The notes: generated from the sequence alone by a model not told the origin. Counted from the whole stretch's first letter, positions 39,212 through 54,762 are shown. The stretch is DNA of 63,772 nt, filler included, from Octopus bimaculoides (GCF_001194135.2; 6 parts of 6 records of this genome joined end to end with filler, not necessarily neighbours in it), one strand, 5' to 3'. Numbers and translations are program-made.

Positions 39212-39440
39212 AGGCGTCAAGTTGAGAGAATCATTAGCACGCCGGATAAAATGCTTAGCGGCATTTCGTCAGTTTTTATGTTTGTGCGAAAATTCCGCCA
39301 ACATCGACTTTGCCTTTTATATTTTCGGGGTCGATAAATTAAGTACCAGTGAAACACTTGGGTTGATGTTATTGACTAGTCTCCTCCCACAAAATTTCAG
39401 GCCTTGTGCCTTTAGTACAAAGCATTATGATTACTATTAA
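39212..39440 (+). mobile_element. SINE family C (variant tail), next to a (CAT)n tract
   Basis: Colinear with 59327-59537. Confidence 0.75.
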
Positions 39441-39464
39441 TATTATCAATGTGACGTAAACTCA

Positions 39465-40060
39465 CAGCTTATTTTGCTGGGTATGATGGAAAATGTCAGC
39501 TGTCCACAGCCAGCAGATTGAGGGGACAATTGTTTCCTGATCATTCTTCAAAATCTCTACGAAGGAATCTTACAGTTCCAAGCAATGCTAATTTTGGCAG
39601 GGGTTCTTCTTGCACACTTGCACCAATTTATTTTTTTGCCGTGTTGGTAATTGAATGCTGATACTTCCAAGTGCACCAATTACTTTTGGTATCACGTCTA
39701 CTCTCCTCATTGACCCCAATCACCTTATTTCCCACTTTAAATCTCCCTAGTTGTTTATTTTTCTTCTTTATCATTTATTTTCTTTCACATTGATCCTCTT
39801 GTGACCTGAGCATGCTACGTCAATTATCATGCATGTTCTTTCGTTTTTATTCATCACAACAATGTCCAGTTTCCGATGTCTCGTCAGGTGATTGCACTGA
39901 ATTATTATATCCCACAGGATTTTGCAATTCTGATACTCTTTGGGGGTTTCCTCATACCACATATTTGCTCTTTGTACGCTGCTATTTCCAATGAGCTCCC
40001 AATGGATCATTCTTGCTGTCACGTGGTCTTTTGTATTCGCGCTGTGCGAATTTCAGGTAT
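39465..40060 (-). mobile_element. R4/Dong-type RLE fragment
   Basis: IHWEL..WYEETP..KILWD..KLDIVV..CMIIDVA. Confidence 0.8.
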
Positions 40061-40779
40061 TCGCTAACGACGTGCCATACTGTTCCACCCCTCTCACTAG
40101 ACATTCTGCAGTTGCCGCTGAAGTTATCTCGTATCACAAACACATATATGTGTTTGTGTGTGTGTTTTGTATAACAACTCCGTAATATTATTTACTTTTA
40201 TATTTACCTACACTCTATATTCTGTATCCTTATTTAGGCTTTGTTATACATTTCCTACTTACGTACATTTCACATTTTCCTTCCAGCTCCCTACCTTCTA
40301 CCTCATTCACAAATTTTCCACCCATTTTCACTCATCCTTAACTTTTTGTGACTAGTTTACAAAATTACTGTCAATGTTAGTATTTTCAAAAACATTTCGG
40401 AAATGATTGAAACTCAAATTGGTCGAGAAATAACCTGTTCTACGAGTTGTGGATTACTCCACAACATAATAATTACAGAAGGACATCCGCACAAAAAACA
40501 AAACTACACAAATCACAATGATTTTTTTTTTAATACGCAGTGCTTGTATGCTATAATAATTGTTTCCAATTACATTACGAAGTCAGCTCCTTGTAGAGAA
40601 GGATGTTTGTGAATTAAATCAACATTTATACTTACGTTGTATTTTAATTTATCAACCTCCAAAGGATGAAAGGTAAAATTGATTACATCATAAAGAGACG
40701 GAATGAATCCTACATGGCACTTTTCAGACAGGTGAAGGATTACACCAGCACATCGTCTTAACAGTAAAGATAACCATAA

Positions 40780-40935
40780 TTATCCTTCCTATAGGCACAA
40801 GATCAGTAGATTGCATCGCCCCAGTACGTAACTGGTACTTATTTAATCGACCCCGAAAGGATGAAAGGATCTCAGATGAATTTGAGCACTAACGCAAAGA
40901 CTTACGAAATGCTGTTAAGCCTTTTGACCGGCCGC
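40780..40935 (-). mobile_element. SINE family C, decayed
   Basis: CTGGTACTTATTTAATCGACCCCGAAAGGATGAAAG is the reverse complement of the family-C core. Confidence 0.65.
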
Positions 40936-40999
40936 CTTGGTGATGATGATGATGACGATGATGATGACGACGACGACGACGGCGATAATAATATCAGCA

Positions 41000-42125
41000 G
41001 CTTCAGTAGATTTGACAAAAAACTGAATTAGCAAAGCTAGACAGAAGAACCAGGAAAGAATTCAATATGACTGGACGACTTCACCGAAGGGTAGCATTAG
41101 CAAAATTATGCTTACCTAAAACGGAAGACAGAAGAGAGGTAATATCAGTGGAAGACTGCATGGAATTAGTTAGAGTAGATGGCGACTCCTATGTAGGTAA
41201 TAGTGACGAAATTCATTAAAAGCTGCTAGAGTCTCAGAAAGACATAGGGAAATCAAAAACCCAAACAAAGTTAAAAACAAGAAAAAAGAGCACATTATCT
41301 GACTGACAGGATAAGCCGTTGTATGGTCGATTCTCGGAGATAGTTGCAGCAAATAGTAGTGGAGAGACATGATTATGTTTCTAGAAAGGAGAGCTGGAAA
41401 GAGAGACAGGGAGTTTGTTAGTAGCAGTACAAGATCAAATATTAAGGACGAAGTGGATAAAAACCAAGATAATCAAAAACCAAGTAGATTCCCAATGTAG
41501 TTTATGCAGATCAAAGGAGAAAAGCGTTACTCACAAAGTAAGTGAATGTAGCATGCTGGCACAGAAAGGATACAAGGAAAGACATGACAACCTCGGGAGA
41601 ACAAACCACTGAGAGTTATATAAAAAGCTACGATTTGAACATACTGAACATGGACCTAGTAAAGAACTAGAAAGTAAGAAATGTATGATGTTGTGGGACT
41701 TTAGCTTTCAAACTGACAGTAACAGAAGCTAGAAGGCCTGATTTACTAGTACTAATTAAAGATATTAGAAAATACGAGTTAACTGACTTTGCAATCCCAA
41801 ATGATGAAAATATCAATATGAGAGGTACAGAAAACATAGCAAAGTACCAGGACCTAGCTATTAAATTACAGAGACTATGGAAAGTGTGGGTAAAATGTAT
41901 CCCAATAGTTATAGGTGCATTGGGAACTATTCCTAACGATTTGAAAAGATGAATAGAGGAAATAGGCATGAAATCCAGTTCAGTACAGCTCCAGAAAACA
42001 GTGTTGTTAGGGAAATCTAGGATGCTAAAGAGGGTTCTTGGCATCTAAGTTTACTTGTAGCCGTATGTTAAGATTTTTTCGTTTCCAACAGTCTAATCTG
42101 TTGTGTGTATATGAAAATAATAATA
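41000..42125 (+). mobile_element. R4/Dong-type LINE 3' fragment
   Basis: AVQDQIL.T..CSLC..SVTH.VSEC.MLAQ..Y.ERHD; AKYQDLA..IPIVIGALG; followed by an (AAT)-like tail. Confidence 0.85.
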
Positions 42126-42549
42126 ATGATTATAATGATAATAATAATGATAATGGATCAGTTTGCAAGAGGCGAACGCCAAGACAGACACGGAATACCT
42201 ATGGTTATAGACGAGGGAAAGTTACCTGAAAATTGAGACAGAAGCACTCATATGCGTGCTAAAGAACAAGTGTAAAGAACCAACTTCTATAGGCTTTGCT
42301 ATACTTTTTCCACTTACATATATATCAAATTTTCCATCCATCTTCCTATCTCCTACCTCATTAAAACTTTTTCCACTCATTTTCACACACTCATATATAT
42401 ATATGCATATATATATATGTGTGTGTGTGTGTGTATGTATATATATATTTATTTATAAATATTTACGTGTGTGTGTATGTGTGTGTGTGTGCGTGTGTAT
42501 GTGAGAGAGAGAGTGTGTGTGTACATGCATATATGTATTTTTACGTGTA

Positions 42550-43772
42550 TACGAGATGGTATAAATGCTTCGTGGCCTAGTAAAGTTTAATAAAAAAAAT
42601 ACCTAAGGGTTGACATCACTTCCTTCAGAATGGTCACGTTGCACAAAACTACACCAGTCCCAGCGTTCCTGCCACTTTTAGAATCCGACCTCGAAGGCGT
42701 TTTCTGTAAGAAAGTCGAGAATCTTCTGCCATTTGCTCTTGATCTCGCCAACAGTTTTAATACGCTGAGCAGAAGTTTCATCTCCGAGAAGAGATCAAAG
42801 TTTAACTGAGAAGAGCGCAGTAACAGCTTGTTGACAAGAAAAATCCAATACTTCACGCTCCATAGATACGGTCGTATTCGCCGAATATCCGCCCTCAAAA
42901 GCTTCGAAACATCACAGTAGAGTCTACATTGACGTTATATCTCTGGGAGTCGAATCCTCGATGTACCATACTGCGGATTTTGAAAAACACGATGTGCATG
43001 ATATTGGTTGTGCTACAGTTCTATCGTGCCTTCGTCGGTCGTGGAGATGAAGGCCTCTTCTATTGTAACGACTGCTACTTCAAGTCAGGCTTGTACCCAT
43101 AGATCCAGCTCTCATCACCCGTAATGATCCTCGACATAAAGAATGGGTCATCAACGGCACGCTAACGGAGATCTTGAAAGGCCTCGACACGATGTTATTT
43201 CTGCTCATTGGTCAGCAGGAAGGTGACCAAATTGGTAGAGATACGCCGCTTGTTCAATTCAGACGTTATGATTTCACGCGTAGGCCCATATTACAGACCA
43301 ACAACATCAGAAATGTCGCTTATTGTACCCCGACGACACTCATGCCCAAGCTGATGAATTTCCTCCACATTTTCGAGTGTGACAATTTTGACAAAGTCTT
43401 GCAGATCCCTCATTGTCTCCCAAGGACGTTCTTCTAGCTTTGGATTACCCGTGCCACTCGAAACATTGTGTACAACCTATTGCCTAGTTGCCGTAAGCTT
43501 GTCGAAACATGGTCAATGTCTTTGTAGAAGACTTCCGAAGTTTAACACAAAATTTCCAGTTGGCTCTTTCTTCCATCTTGTCCACGACAAAATAGCAGAC
43601 TGCAGTATACACTTGATCAAAAAACACAAATTTCACCACTTGCGAAGTAAACAGAGCGATGCCACTCGGCACACTGCCTTATGGAGGTCCCTTCTAGCTT
43701 TCAGAACGTATTCCACCATCTACTGCTATCTATTAGCGCGCTAGTTCTGGGACTTGCTAATATCACCTCATA
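42550..43772 (-). mobile_element. mariner-type transposon relic, near full length
   Basis: MEERANWKFCVKL.KS.T.TLTM.RQAYG N-terminus; decayed C-terminal region; decayed TIRs TACGAG.../...CTCATA. Confidence 0.8.
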
Positions 43773-43800
43773 TATATATAAATGTAAATGTATATAGATA

Positions 43801-44065
43801 TATACGAGTTTTGATAAATAAGTATCCGGACTGTTGCCATAGTAACGAAGCTGAAGCACACAGAGTGAAACCGCTTGGCAATGATTGATTTTGAACTCTT
43901 CTGTACATGCGCACTCAGATTTTACATTTTATCACGTTTCTGCTGTTTACAGCTTGAAAGGAAGGTGTGTTACGGTTCAGTTCAGTACATTATCACTGAA
44001 GATTTCGGTATGAGATGCGTATCTGCCATGCTTGTGCTCAAAATCTTCAGCAGACAATGTATTAA
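43801..44065 (+). mobile_element. mariner-type internally deleted fragment
   Basis: TIR-like TACGAG..AATAAGTATCCGGACT; SVQYIITEDFGMRCVSA. Confidence 0.6.
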
Positions 44066-44554
44066 AAAGCCACCCACATAGATTGCTTATCCGATTTGAA
44101 CCACCAGGAGCTGCAGGTAACTTCTAATCTTTGTGTGTATCCTAAAACGTCTTTTGAGGCCTCCGTTAGATTTTCAGACCTTATGGCATACATAGCATTG
44201 AAAGATGTGCACAGATATATAGGCAAAATCTTTGATAGAGGTTCATGTCCCATGTGTCGGCAAATGAGATTTGAGCCCAGCATAAAAAAGCAGGGTCGGT
44301 CACAAACTTTGCACACAAAAAGGTTATTGTGATTCGCCTTTTCTATCTTAACGAATCCCTCTTGAGTCCTGCATGTGTTATCCTGACCTCTTCAAACGCT
44401 TCGCGTCACACTTTTGTTCGCTATCCAGCTCGATCCGAAGCAAGAGTCTCTCTCTTCTAGTGACTTCATGGTATTCCTGGTGCAAAATTACATACGACAA
44501 TAATCCTGATTTCTATATTGTTTTATTAAAATGTCAATGAAAGTTCATGTTTTA

Positions 44555-44850
44555 ATGGTTAAATACTCGGCTCATAATAATAAGATCATGAGTTTGATCC
44601 CCGGCGGGTCATTGAATCCACGAGGAAGACGTTTTACTTCGCGTTGATCCCGATCACTCAGCTGGTAAAAATGAGTAGTACCTGGTCTCAAAGCATCGGC
44701 CTTGTAATATTGGGTCAAGCTGGACGTCCCTGAAAACTACGTAAAGTATACGTGTATCCGTTCATCACATCCACGTTTATTTCAGGTTATTCCTTTCATC
44801 TGATCGCCTGGTACCCTTGTCGTCATAACCGACGAAGTGCTAGATATTGT
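44555..44850 (+). mobile_element. Decayed tRNA-derived SINE
   Basis: GGTTAAA..GAGTTTGATCCCC box-like motifs; CACTCAGCTGGTAAAAATGAG is shared with 49527-49810. Confidence 0.4.
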
Positions 44851-45182
44851 TTCTTCGTGATCAAACATTCTTTTCTACTTCCAGATATATTACTTCGTCA
44901 ATTTCTTCCATTTCTAAATATCTGTATCTGTAATATATGTAGATATTAATATGTTCATTAGACCATATTTAATCTTAAAGTTTTAGTATATTACATTATA
45001 TTTCACATGTATTTTTGTGAATTAGTTCGAAGATTTTTCCCGTTCAATGTCTGCCCACATTTCATACAATAACACGATTCCTTTTACACTTCCATGTCTT
45101 TCCTACAAATCTCACTTCAGATTATTTTGTCCATAAGTTTCAAAAGGATTACAAGTGATCTATTATTATTTGCTCTTATCAC

Positions 45183-45975
<793 letters not shown>

Positions 45976-46000
45976 CTTATTATTATAATTATTATTATTA

Positions 46001-46171
<171 letters not shown>

Positions 46172-46199
46172 GTGTTCAATTATGGAGTGACGTTTTGGG

Positions 46200-47330
46200 T
46201 TTATAAATCTAATACTTTCCTATCCTTCCTTAATACAGGTTCCCATATGCTATTCATATCTGCACTCGGTTTGCTTAGGAGGTTGTGTTCTAGCATATGT
46301 GCTGCTTCTTTTAGTTTTCGTATTTTCCAGTGGTGTTCTCTATCAACTATTTTAACTTCATCCCACAGAGAGAGGTGGTCTCCAGTTTTCCATATATGAC
46401 CATCTATACCCGATTTATCAATATCTCCTCGTGCCACAGCTTTGCGATGTTCGTCTACCCTTATTTTGAGGGGGGCCAAGTTTCAGCTGCATGGAATATA
46501 GTACACGCAGTCTTTGGTCATATTCTCTTCTATTGGTGGTTTTACTCGAAGGAGATATTTGCGAAGCATTTTATTACTTTTGAATAATGTCCTGATACCA
46601 TATGGGCTGCATACTTTTGTATCTTTTCGGAGAGGCCTTTCACATGGGGTAGACAGACTGTGGACAGTTTATTGGCCACATCCTCTCTCTTCTTCATAAA
46701 TGGAATGGATAGTATGTTTTGGGGTTAGTTGTTGCTTAACATATTCTTATTGAGCCTAATTATTTATTTGTGTTGTGTAGCGCGATCGCTACTAATATTC
46801 TTTGCTCGATGTTTTAGCCACTGAGCAATCCCTCTCTTTACACTATAGGGATGGTGGGGATTGAAGTTGAGGTATCGTCCAGTAAATGTCAACTTGCGGC
46901 ATACGGATGTCCATACTTGGTGCGTGTTATTAATACTTCCAAGAATGCTGGCTGATTGTGTGTTTTCCTTTTCCATTGTGAACTGTATGGATGGCTTTAT
47001 TGAGTTCACATGATCTAACGGCACTTGGACATCGTCCTTGTGGGGCCAGAGTATGAAGGTGTCATCAACATATCGTAACCATAATGTTAGTTTTAGTGAT
47101 GTTGATTCTAAAACCACATTCTCAAATATTCCATGTATATATTGGCTATTATCGGTGATAATGGCGAACCCATAGCTAAACCTTCAAATGTCAATATATA
47201 TCAGTATTATCTACTTATTTTTCCACAAAAAATATACAATCCTTGCATTTTAAAGCTTGATAAAGATTATCACGATTGTGAAAGTACATACTTATCATTT
47301 TATTGTATTCGTTTTCACAAATATTTATAA
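46200..47330 (-). mobile_element. Penelope-like element fragment (RT and GIY-YIG)
   Basis: LWLRYVDDTFILW..SIQFTMEKE..YLNFNPHHP; LKIRVDEHRKAV..HIWKTGDH..RKLKEAAH. Confidence 0.88.
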
Positions 47331-49142
47331 TTAAAAAAATAAAATATGTATATGGTGAATGTTCATAAGAGATTTCAGCCTGTTCAGTTCCATTTTCCAG
47401 AGTTAGTAGGACACAAACACATACCCCCCCCCCACACACACACACACATACACACATACACACAATAACCTGCGCGCACACACTAAAATTATCACATTGT
47501 CTGCGTGAAAATGACTTTGTGTAAATAAATGTATATGCGCACAAGCCATACACACACACACACACACACATACAAACACATATATATATATATGAATGCA
47601 TGTATGTATAAAACAAGCCGGAGAAAGACAGACAAACAGACTGATAGGTTAAGATATGTGTGTGGCTTCATCTCTCTGTGCGCGCACACGTGTGTGTCTG
47701 TGCTTTTATTTACCTATGTTATACTTGCAGACATATAACCCAAAAGCCGGAACCAATAATACAAAACATTATTTTATGAGTTGTAAGGAATCTGCTAGCT
47801 CCTCATCATTCGATATTGCTATTGATTAACAGCTCATAATAAAGAGATCACCAATGGTTCGTGGTTCCATACCTGTAACCGGCATTTCTTCTTTTTATAA
47901 TCCTTTGTATTATCAGCAATTATTTATAGAGAAATGCGCATGCAAGTCATATCGGAAGAAACATATTAACAGCTGCTAATGTAGATGTAAGCAAATGTAC
48001 AAACATATATCTACACATATACATATCAAATCACACACACACACAAGTATACGCATGTACACTCACCTCTATATACATATAATACATAAAAGTGTGATAT
48101 CGTTTGTTTCTTTTATATTATTTGAATCTGGATGTAATAAATATCTTTTCTACAACCATTCACTATACATTCTTCTCTCAAAGAAATTGTTCGTTTTGCA
48201 ATGTATTCAGTGTATTTACCGCAACTGTAATTCATTCACTTCCTGCTTATGTTTATACGAATATGCTCATTCTTAGTTCTGTTTGGCGTTGACTGTTGAA
48301 GCCTCTTAGAGGTTATTACCGCTCACATTCCATTAAATATGCAAAATGTTTATACACGAGCATTTGTGGTGTCTCTTCTCTCCTTCCCATTGTGTTTTGC
48401 TACATTAAGTAATATAGGGAAAATAGTATGTATCTGTGCATGGTGATTCATGCGGCAAAATATGTTCTTTCATAATTCTTTAATTTTTCAAATGAATGTA
48501 AAAATTTCCTTGAGGGGTATGCGAATACACACATATACATACAAACACACACAAACACACAAACACACGCACACACACACAAACACACACACGCACACAC
48601 GCACACATCCATAGACTAAATTTTGCTCATAACATAAAATTTTGATTTCCTACTATTTTATATTCAATTTCCTTTCCTAAAATTAAATCATGCTGAATTT
48701 CTTCTTAAGCAAATCTTCATATTTTACCACTCAATTCATTTTACGTATAATTTATTAACCCTGTGTCAACGTTAGACATTTCATAATTACGGTAATTCCG
48801 TTACTGAAACGTCTCTCATAATTAATGATTTAATTTAACGAATGTTAATTTTTCAAAAATACAAGTGGTTTCATTGGTTCACTATATATTGCTTAAGAAA
48901 TGGCCACTGTTGTCTACTCTGCATAGGATACTGATGTCGTCGTTGTTTTTATCAGCATCATCTAGCAAACATTGGTCGCAGCACAGACTCAGTCACACAA
49001 ACAACCCCACATCGCTACAACATTCGAGTTATCAGCAGAATTATAACTCGTGTTCTGTGTCCTTTCAAAACTGGTCGATAACTGTTGTGCTGGTCATATC
49101 TACATTCATAAACACACATAGAGACATACGCACATAAATACA

Positions 49143-49181
<39 letters not shown>

Positions 49182-49291
49182 ACAAACACACACACAAACA
49201 CACACACACAAACACACATATAAGTACAAATATACATATACGCACACGCATACATACAAACAAAAAAAAACGCGTAGACATATACACACAT

Positions 49292-49331
<40 letters not shown>

Positions 49332-49526
49332 TAAATACACACATATACACACAAGAAATGATGGCGATTTTTACATTAATTAATCCGCTTATAAACGTTT
49401 TGGATTGATTGACCAATTTCAACATTCTGATAAGCAGTAATAAAGAATGTAAGTATGGGTATATCCAGATTTTGATAAAGAGTAATTAGATCTAATGCTA
49501 AAAATATATGTATGTATATATATGCT

Positions 49527-49810
49527 GAGACCCCGTTCGGTGATGACTGACCAAGGGATTGTACCTGTAAAGTTACCATCCCAAGCACAGGTCGGGGTAA
49601 GGTTGTTTATGGAAGGCCAGCAGTCGCCCAGGCATACCGGCTTCCCCTCTCCACGCCACCAGTGTAATACAAAGGAAAGGCAAAGGCTGATACAACTTGG
49701 CACCTATGACGTCACAACTCATTTCTACAGCTGAGTGAACTGGCGCAACGGGAAATAAAGTGTCTTGCTCAAGAACACAACATGCAGCCCCGTCCGGGAT
49801 TCGAATTCAC
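49527..49810 (-). mobile_element. SINE family D (B box plus CORE-like segment)
   Basis: Minus strand GAATTCGAATCCCGG...TCTTGAGCAAGACACTTTA...CACTCAGCTGTAGAAATGAG. Confidence 0.6.
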
Positions 49811-49929
49811 TGCGCCTTGTGTGTATANNNNNNNNNNNNNNNNNNNNNNNNNNNNNNNNNNNNNNNNNNNNTTAATTAATTAANNNNNNNNNNNNNNNNN
49901 NNNNNNNNNNNNNNNNNNNNNNNNNNNGA

Positions 49930-52070
49930 AGGGGGCTGGTGACCTTGATGTGTGTGTGTGTATGTGTAGGTGTGTGGATGATGGTGTAGGTGCTGGGAAG
50001 CGGTCAGTGCTAGTGTGTGCAGGGTGGTGTGATGTGGTGTGGTATGGTATGGTGGTGTGTGGTGTAGTGGTGTTTAGGGTGTGGGGAAGGCAAGAGTTGG
50101 GGAAGCAAGGGTGGAGGTCTAAGGGATGGGGTGGGTGTGGGATGGGATGTATAGGGATGGTGGGGTTGGAATGTGTAGGGGTTGGGTAACAAGGGAGGGG
50201 GTGACGAGGAAAAGAGAGGGTGGAAGGGAGAATGTTAGTAGGAGTGAAGAGAGGAAGTAGGTGCCAAAGTAAGAATGGAGAGGTGGGAGGAAGTTGGTGT
50301 GAGAGGATGAGAGGAGAGAGGAAGAGGGTTAGATGAAGAGGGGAGGAGAGTTGAGCCCATGTGGCACAAAGAAGCGAAGAGAGAAGATTAATCCCTGCTC
50401 ACGGTGCAAATGGGAGTCCGGATGGCCCTTGTGTAAGGACAATTCAAACAAAGACAGGTTTGTAAAGAGTGACCAGTAGAGCAGAAATGGTGCAAGACCG
50501 GGGTGTCGTTGCTGAGTCTGATGCCTCGGAGGTGTTCTGCAAACCGGTCAGCCAAGCGGTGTCCCGTTTGAGAGATGTATAGAGGACAGAGAGAGCAGGA
50601 GATGCAGTAGATGACGTTGCTAGAAGAGCAGGTGAAGGAGTCAGTGATATGATAAGGTTGATGATGGGTGCTTCTGAGGAGGGTGGTGTTGGAGAGGTAA
50701 GGGCAAGTGCAGCAGCATGGGTGGGAGCAGGGGAACGAGCTGGGTTGGGAGGTTGGGTTAGGGAAGAAGTTGTGGACCAAGAGATCTCATAGGTTGTGGG
50801 CTCATTTGAAGGAGGGGAGGGGTCAGTTAGGGAAGATGTGTGAAGTGGAGGGGTCAGACTGGAAGGCTCGGAGAGTGGTGTGTTGAAGAAATAGGGTGAT
50901 GGGGTGGTTGGTGAGGGGAAATGGGAGATGGGTGATGGTGGGGCAGGTGTGGGAGGAGAGAGCAAATGTACAGTCCATGGAAGGGTGGTGTGGATAGTGG
51001 TGAGGGGATATCCACACAGGATGAAGTGGCACGCCATGTGTTGAGACCGAGTCACAAAGTCATGGTTGTCATTGCAGAGCCTGCGTAGATGGAGGAATTG
51101 GGAATAGAGGACGGGGAGCTTGGTGTGTTTGTAGTGGATGGAGGAGAAGTTGAGGTATGAGTGTGAGTCTATGTGTTTGTAGTGGATGGAGGTGGTGAGA
51201 GTGGAGTGATGAATGCTGACCGAAATGTCGAGAAAGGCAATTATGGTGTCGGAAATAGTGCAGGAGAAGTGGAGGGCAGGATGGAAAGATTTGACCAAAG
51301 AGAGGAAGGAATCTAGATGTTCACAGGAGAGTGACCAGTGAAACTTGAGAATATTAAGGCCTCAACATAGCCAACAAACAGGTTCACATAGTTGGGGTCC
51401 ATTCTCATTCCCAAGGCCACTCCCGAGACCTGCTGGTAAAAATCACCTGCAAACAAGAAGCAGTTAAGTGAGAGGACATGTTCAGCCAGACGAAGGAGTG
51501 TGGATGTGTTAGGTTGGGGGTTGGGTCGAAGGTCTAGGAAATGTTGGAGTGCACGCAGCCCCTCGTGGTGAGGGATCACTGTGTATAGACTCTTGATGCC
51601 AAGAGTGAAGAGAGGTCTAGAGGTGCCAGGAGAGAAGGAGAAAGAGTTGAACAAACAAAGAGCATGGTTGGTGTCATGGATGTGAGAGGGGAAGGAAGCC
51701 ACTAGGCGGGGGGGCAAAGACACGGTCAAGATATCTGGAGATGAGTTCAGTGAAGCAGTTGCAGGTGGAGACGATAGAGCGGCCAGGGATATTAGGCTTG
51801 TGGATTTTGGGGAGGAAGTAAATTGTGGGAGTGCGAGGGGTGGTGTGGGCAATGAGGTTAGAGGCGGTGGGGGGAAACAGGAGGAGGAAATAAGGTCATG
51901 GATAGTGGAGGACACAGTCTGTTGGTAGCTAGGCATGGGGTTGGAGGGCAGTAGAAGGAGGTGTCTTGAAGTTGGCAGAGGGCTTCTGCCTTGTAGAGGT
52001 CTACGCGCCACACCACCATGGCTCCACCCTTGTCAGCTGGTTTTATGATGTCCGTGTGGCGTCAGAGACA
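49930..52070 (-). mobile_element. Penelope-like element (RT, GIY-YIG, C-rich 3' UTR), frameshifted
   Basis: IIKPADKGGAMVVW; TLGIKSLYTVIPH; YQQVSGVALG; IAFLDISV..HSYLNFSS; SSNVIYCISC..YISQT..RFAEHL. Confidence 0.9.
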
Positions 52071-52707
52071 TTGAAAGGCCACATGGAGGTTTTGCAGGAA
52101 AGAAGTGACACAAAGGAGATGGAGGAGGTTATCTCTATCAGTACACCAAAGGAAATGTTGGGAATGTGGGAGAATCTTTCAGACTTTATTCAAAAGAAAC
52201 ACCTAGAAAAAGTTGCAACTGGGCATGTGACGGTGCTATTTAATGACACTTGCCTAACTCATTTCAAAAACACTCTGAAAGTGAGGATGAAACAGACCTT
52301 ATTGGATAGGCTTTTATTGAAAACTCCTGTGCAAGAAAGTGTGGCAAAAAGAGCAAAAAATCAGTGAATAAGATTCAGTTATTCAGTTCAGCCTTTCTCC
52401 TCCACCTCTGTCAGCATCCTCAAGTCTCCAAGGTAAATGATGTACATTATACTTAATAAAACCAGTTTACCATAGTACATTCTATTGTATTCTTTTTTAT
52501 ACAATATTTGTTATTTATAACATTTGTTATTTTCTTATTTAAAAACACATAACAAAAAAAATTTGCAGTGTTTTTTGGGGTGGGGCAGAATGGATTAATG
52601 GCATTTCAATTCATTTCAATGGGGAAATTTAATTTGACATACGAGTGATTTGAGTTATGGGCTCCATCACAGAACAAATTAAAATCGTAAGTCAAGGTAC
52701 CACTGTA
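52071..52707 (+). mobile_element. Tigger/pogo-type DNA transposon, 3' half
   Basis: KEMLGMWE..FIQKKH.EKVATG..LFNDTCLTHF..KQT.LDR.LLK; right terminus GTAAGTCAAGGTACCACTG followed by TA. Confidence 0.8.
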
Positions 52708-52861
52708 AATATATATTATTGCGTCTGGGGAGAGTCATTCTGTTTTGATGCCTTATCAATTAACATTCTCACCATTTCCATTCATTTACTTACCTATTTT
52801 TTCTAAAATTTTTGTTGCTTCTTGCAACTTCTTCAGTAGACATTGACTCAATAGTCAATGT

Positions 52862-54418
52862 CTAGTGAAGAGGTTGCAAGATATCTGACATATATTCCCA
52901 GAGGGCTAACCTTAGCAAAAGCATGAGTAAAAGCAGCAGCAAGTACAAAGAAAAGAGAGTTGGGGCAAGGATGTCACCCTGCTTGACACCATTCTCTACA
53001 GGAGTGGGTCCCACCATGCCACCACCAACATTGACCCAAGCCTTCATCTCATCATGAAATGATTTAATTATAGATACAAAGTGATCCGGACATCCAAGTT
53101 TGCCAAGTATTTTCCATAGAAAAGCCCTATTTACAGTATCAAAGGCCTTTGTTAAATCAATGAATACCGGGACAAGATCCATATTCTGCTCATAGCACTT
53201 CTCCTGCATCTGTCTTGCTGTGAAAATCATATCCATTGTCCCTCTACCAGATCAGAAGCCACATTGAGATTCAGATAAGACATTATTTCAGAGACACCAA
53301 TTCAGATGGGTAAGAAGAATATTTGCCAGAACCTTGCCAGCAGCTGATAATAGAGCAATACCTCTGTAGTTACCACACATTGTTCTGGCTCCTTTTCCTT
53401 TATATAGAGGAAGAATAATTGCATCCTTCCAGTCCTTAGGGATTGCACCATCCCTCCGGACTGCATTAATAAGTTTATGAAGGGACTGTGTGATGTAATT
53501 ACCACCAAATCGCAAAACCTCAGCACAAATTCCATCCTTTCCAGGTGCCCTACCAAGATTCAATTTACTTATTGATGTCATTACTTCATCTATTGAGGGC
53601 GAAGAGTCTAAGGAGCCAATGATAGGTCTTTGTTGCATAGAATCAATCACTGTTTCATCCACAACTGACTCATGGTTTAGGAGTTCAGAGAAGTGTTCGA
53701 TCCAGTGACCTGTGATTTCTGTTGATTTAGTAATCAGGGTGGAAGACTCCTTGGAAAGCAAAGGAGCTGATGTGGAGCTCTTAGGCCCATAAGCTCGCTT
53801 CATAAGATGGTAAAGCTTCTTTGCATCAGCAGCAGCCTGAATATCACGAGCAACATCCTCCCACCAAGTGTTCTGCATCTTCCTGAGAGATTGCTATGGT
53901 AGTGATTTTACACTGTTATAATGGGCAAGTGCTAGACTTTGTTGCACAGTAGACAGTTCTCAGTGTAGCAATACACTGTGAGCATGGCGCTTTACCAACA
54001 ATAGTCGCTGAACTTCAGCATTATTCTCGTCAAACCAGTCTCTGTGGCTGGCAGTAACGTATCCCAGGGTTTCAGCTGCACATTGTAGAACCTGGTCTCG
54101 AAAATCCTCCCATGCTGCAGTAGTTTCAATGCTGGACAAGCGAGTCTGAAGTTCTTTCCTAACCACAACATCATATACCTTGTGGACATTTAGACGGCGA
54201 GGAATGCTGACTGGTCCTCTTCTCTCTTTCACTCTAATTATCATTCGGGACTTTGCTCGCACCAGACTGTGGTCTGTCCAGCATTCCGATCCATGGAAGG
54301 ACTTGACAATACAAATGTCATAAATGTCGCGCTTGCGGATGATGACATAATCCAGCAAGTGCCAAACTTTGGACCTTGGATGCATCTATGTTGTTGTGTG
54401 ATCACCTTTGTGCATAAA
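52862..54418 (-). mobile_element. RTE-clade LINE of a second subfamily (endonuclease end to RT), degraded
   Basis: MHPRSKVWHLLDYV..CWTDHSLV; APGKDGI..WKDAII..YKGKG..NYRGIALLS; FIDLTKAFDTVNR..GVKQGDILAPTLF. Confidence 0.92.
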
Positions 54419-54518
54419 NNNNNNNNNNNNNNNNNNNNNNNNNNNNNNNNNNNNNNNNNNNNTTAATTAATTAANNNNNNNNNNNNNNNNNNNNNNNNNN
54501 NNNNNNNNNNNNNNNNNN

Positions 54519-54762
54519 TGCGGGTGGCACATAAAAGACACCATTTCGAGCGTGGCTGTTTTCGTGCGGGTGACACGTAAAAGCACCCACTACACTCTCT
54601 GAGTGGTTGGCGTTAGGAAGGGCATCCAGCTGTAGAAACTCTGCCAAATCAGACTGGAGCCTGGTGTTGCCATCCGGTTTCACCAGTCCTCAGTCAAATC
54701 GTCCAACCCATGCTAGCATGGAAAGCGGACGTTAAACGATGATGATGATGATGATGATGAAT
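54519..54762 (+). mobile_element. RTE-type 3' UTR / family-B short element (young copy)
   Basis: GGTTGGCGTTAGGAAGGGCATCCAGCTGTAGAAACTCTGCC...GCTAGCATGGAAAGCGGACGTTAAACGATGATG; near-identical to 22248-22396 (-). Confidence 0.85.
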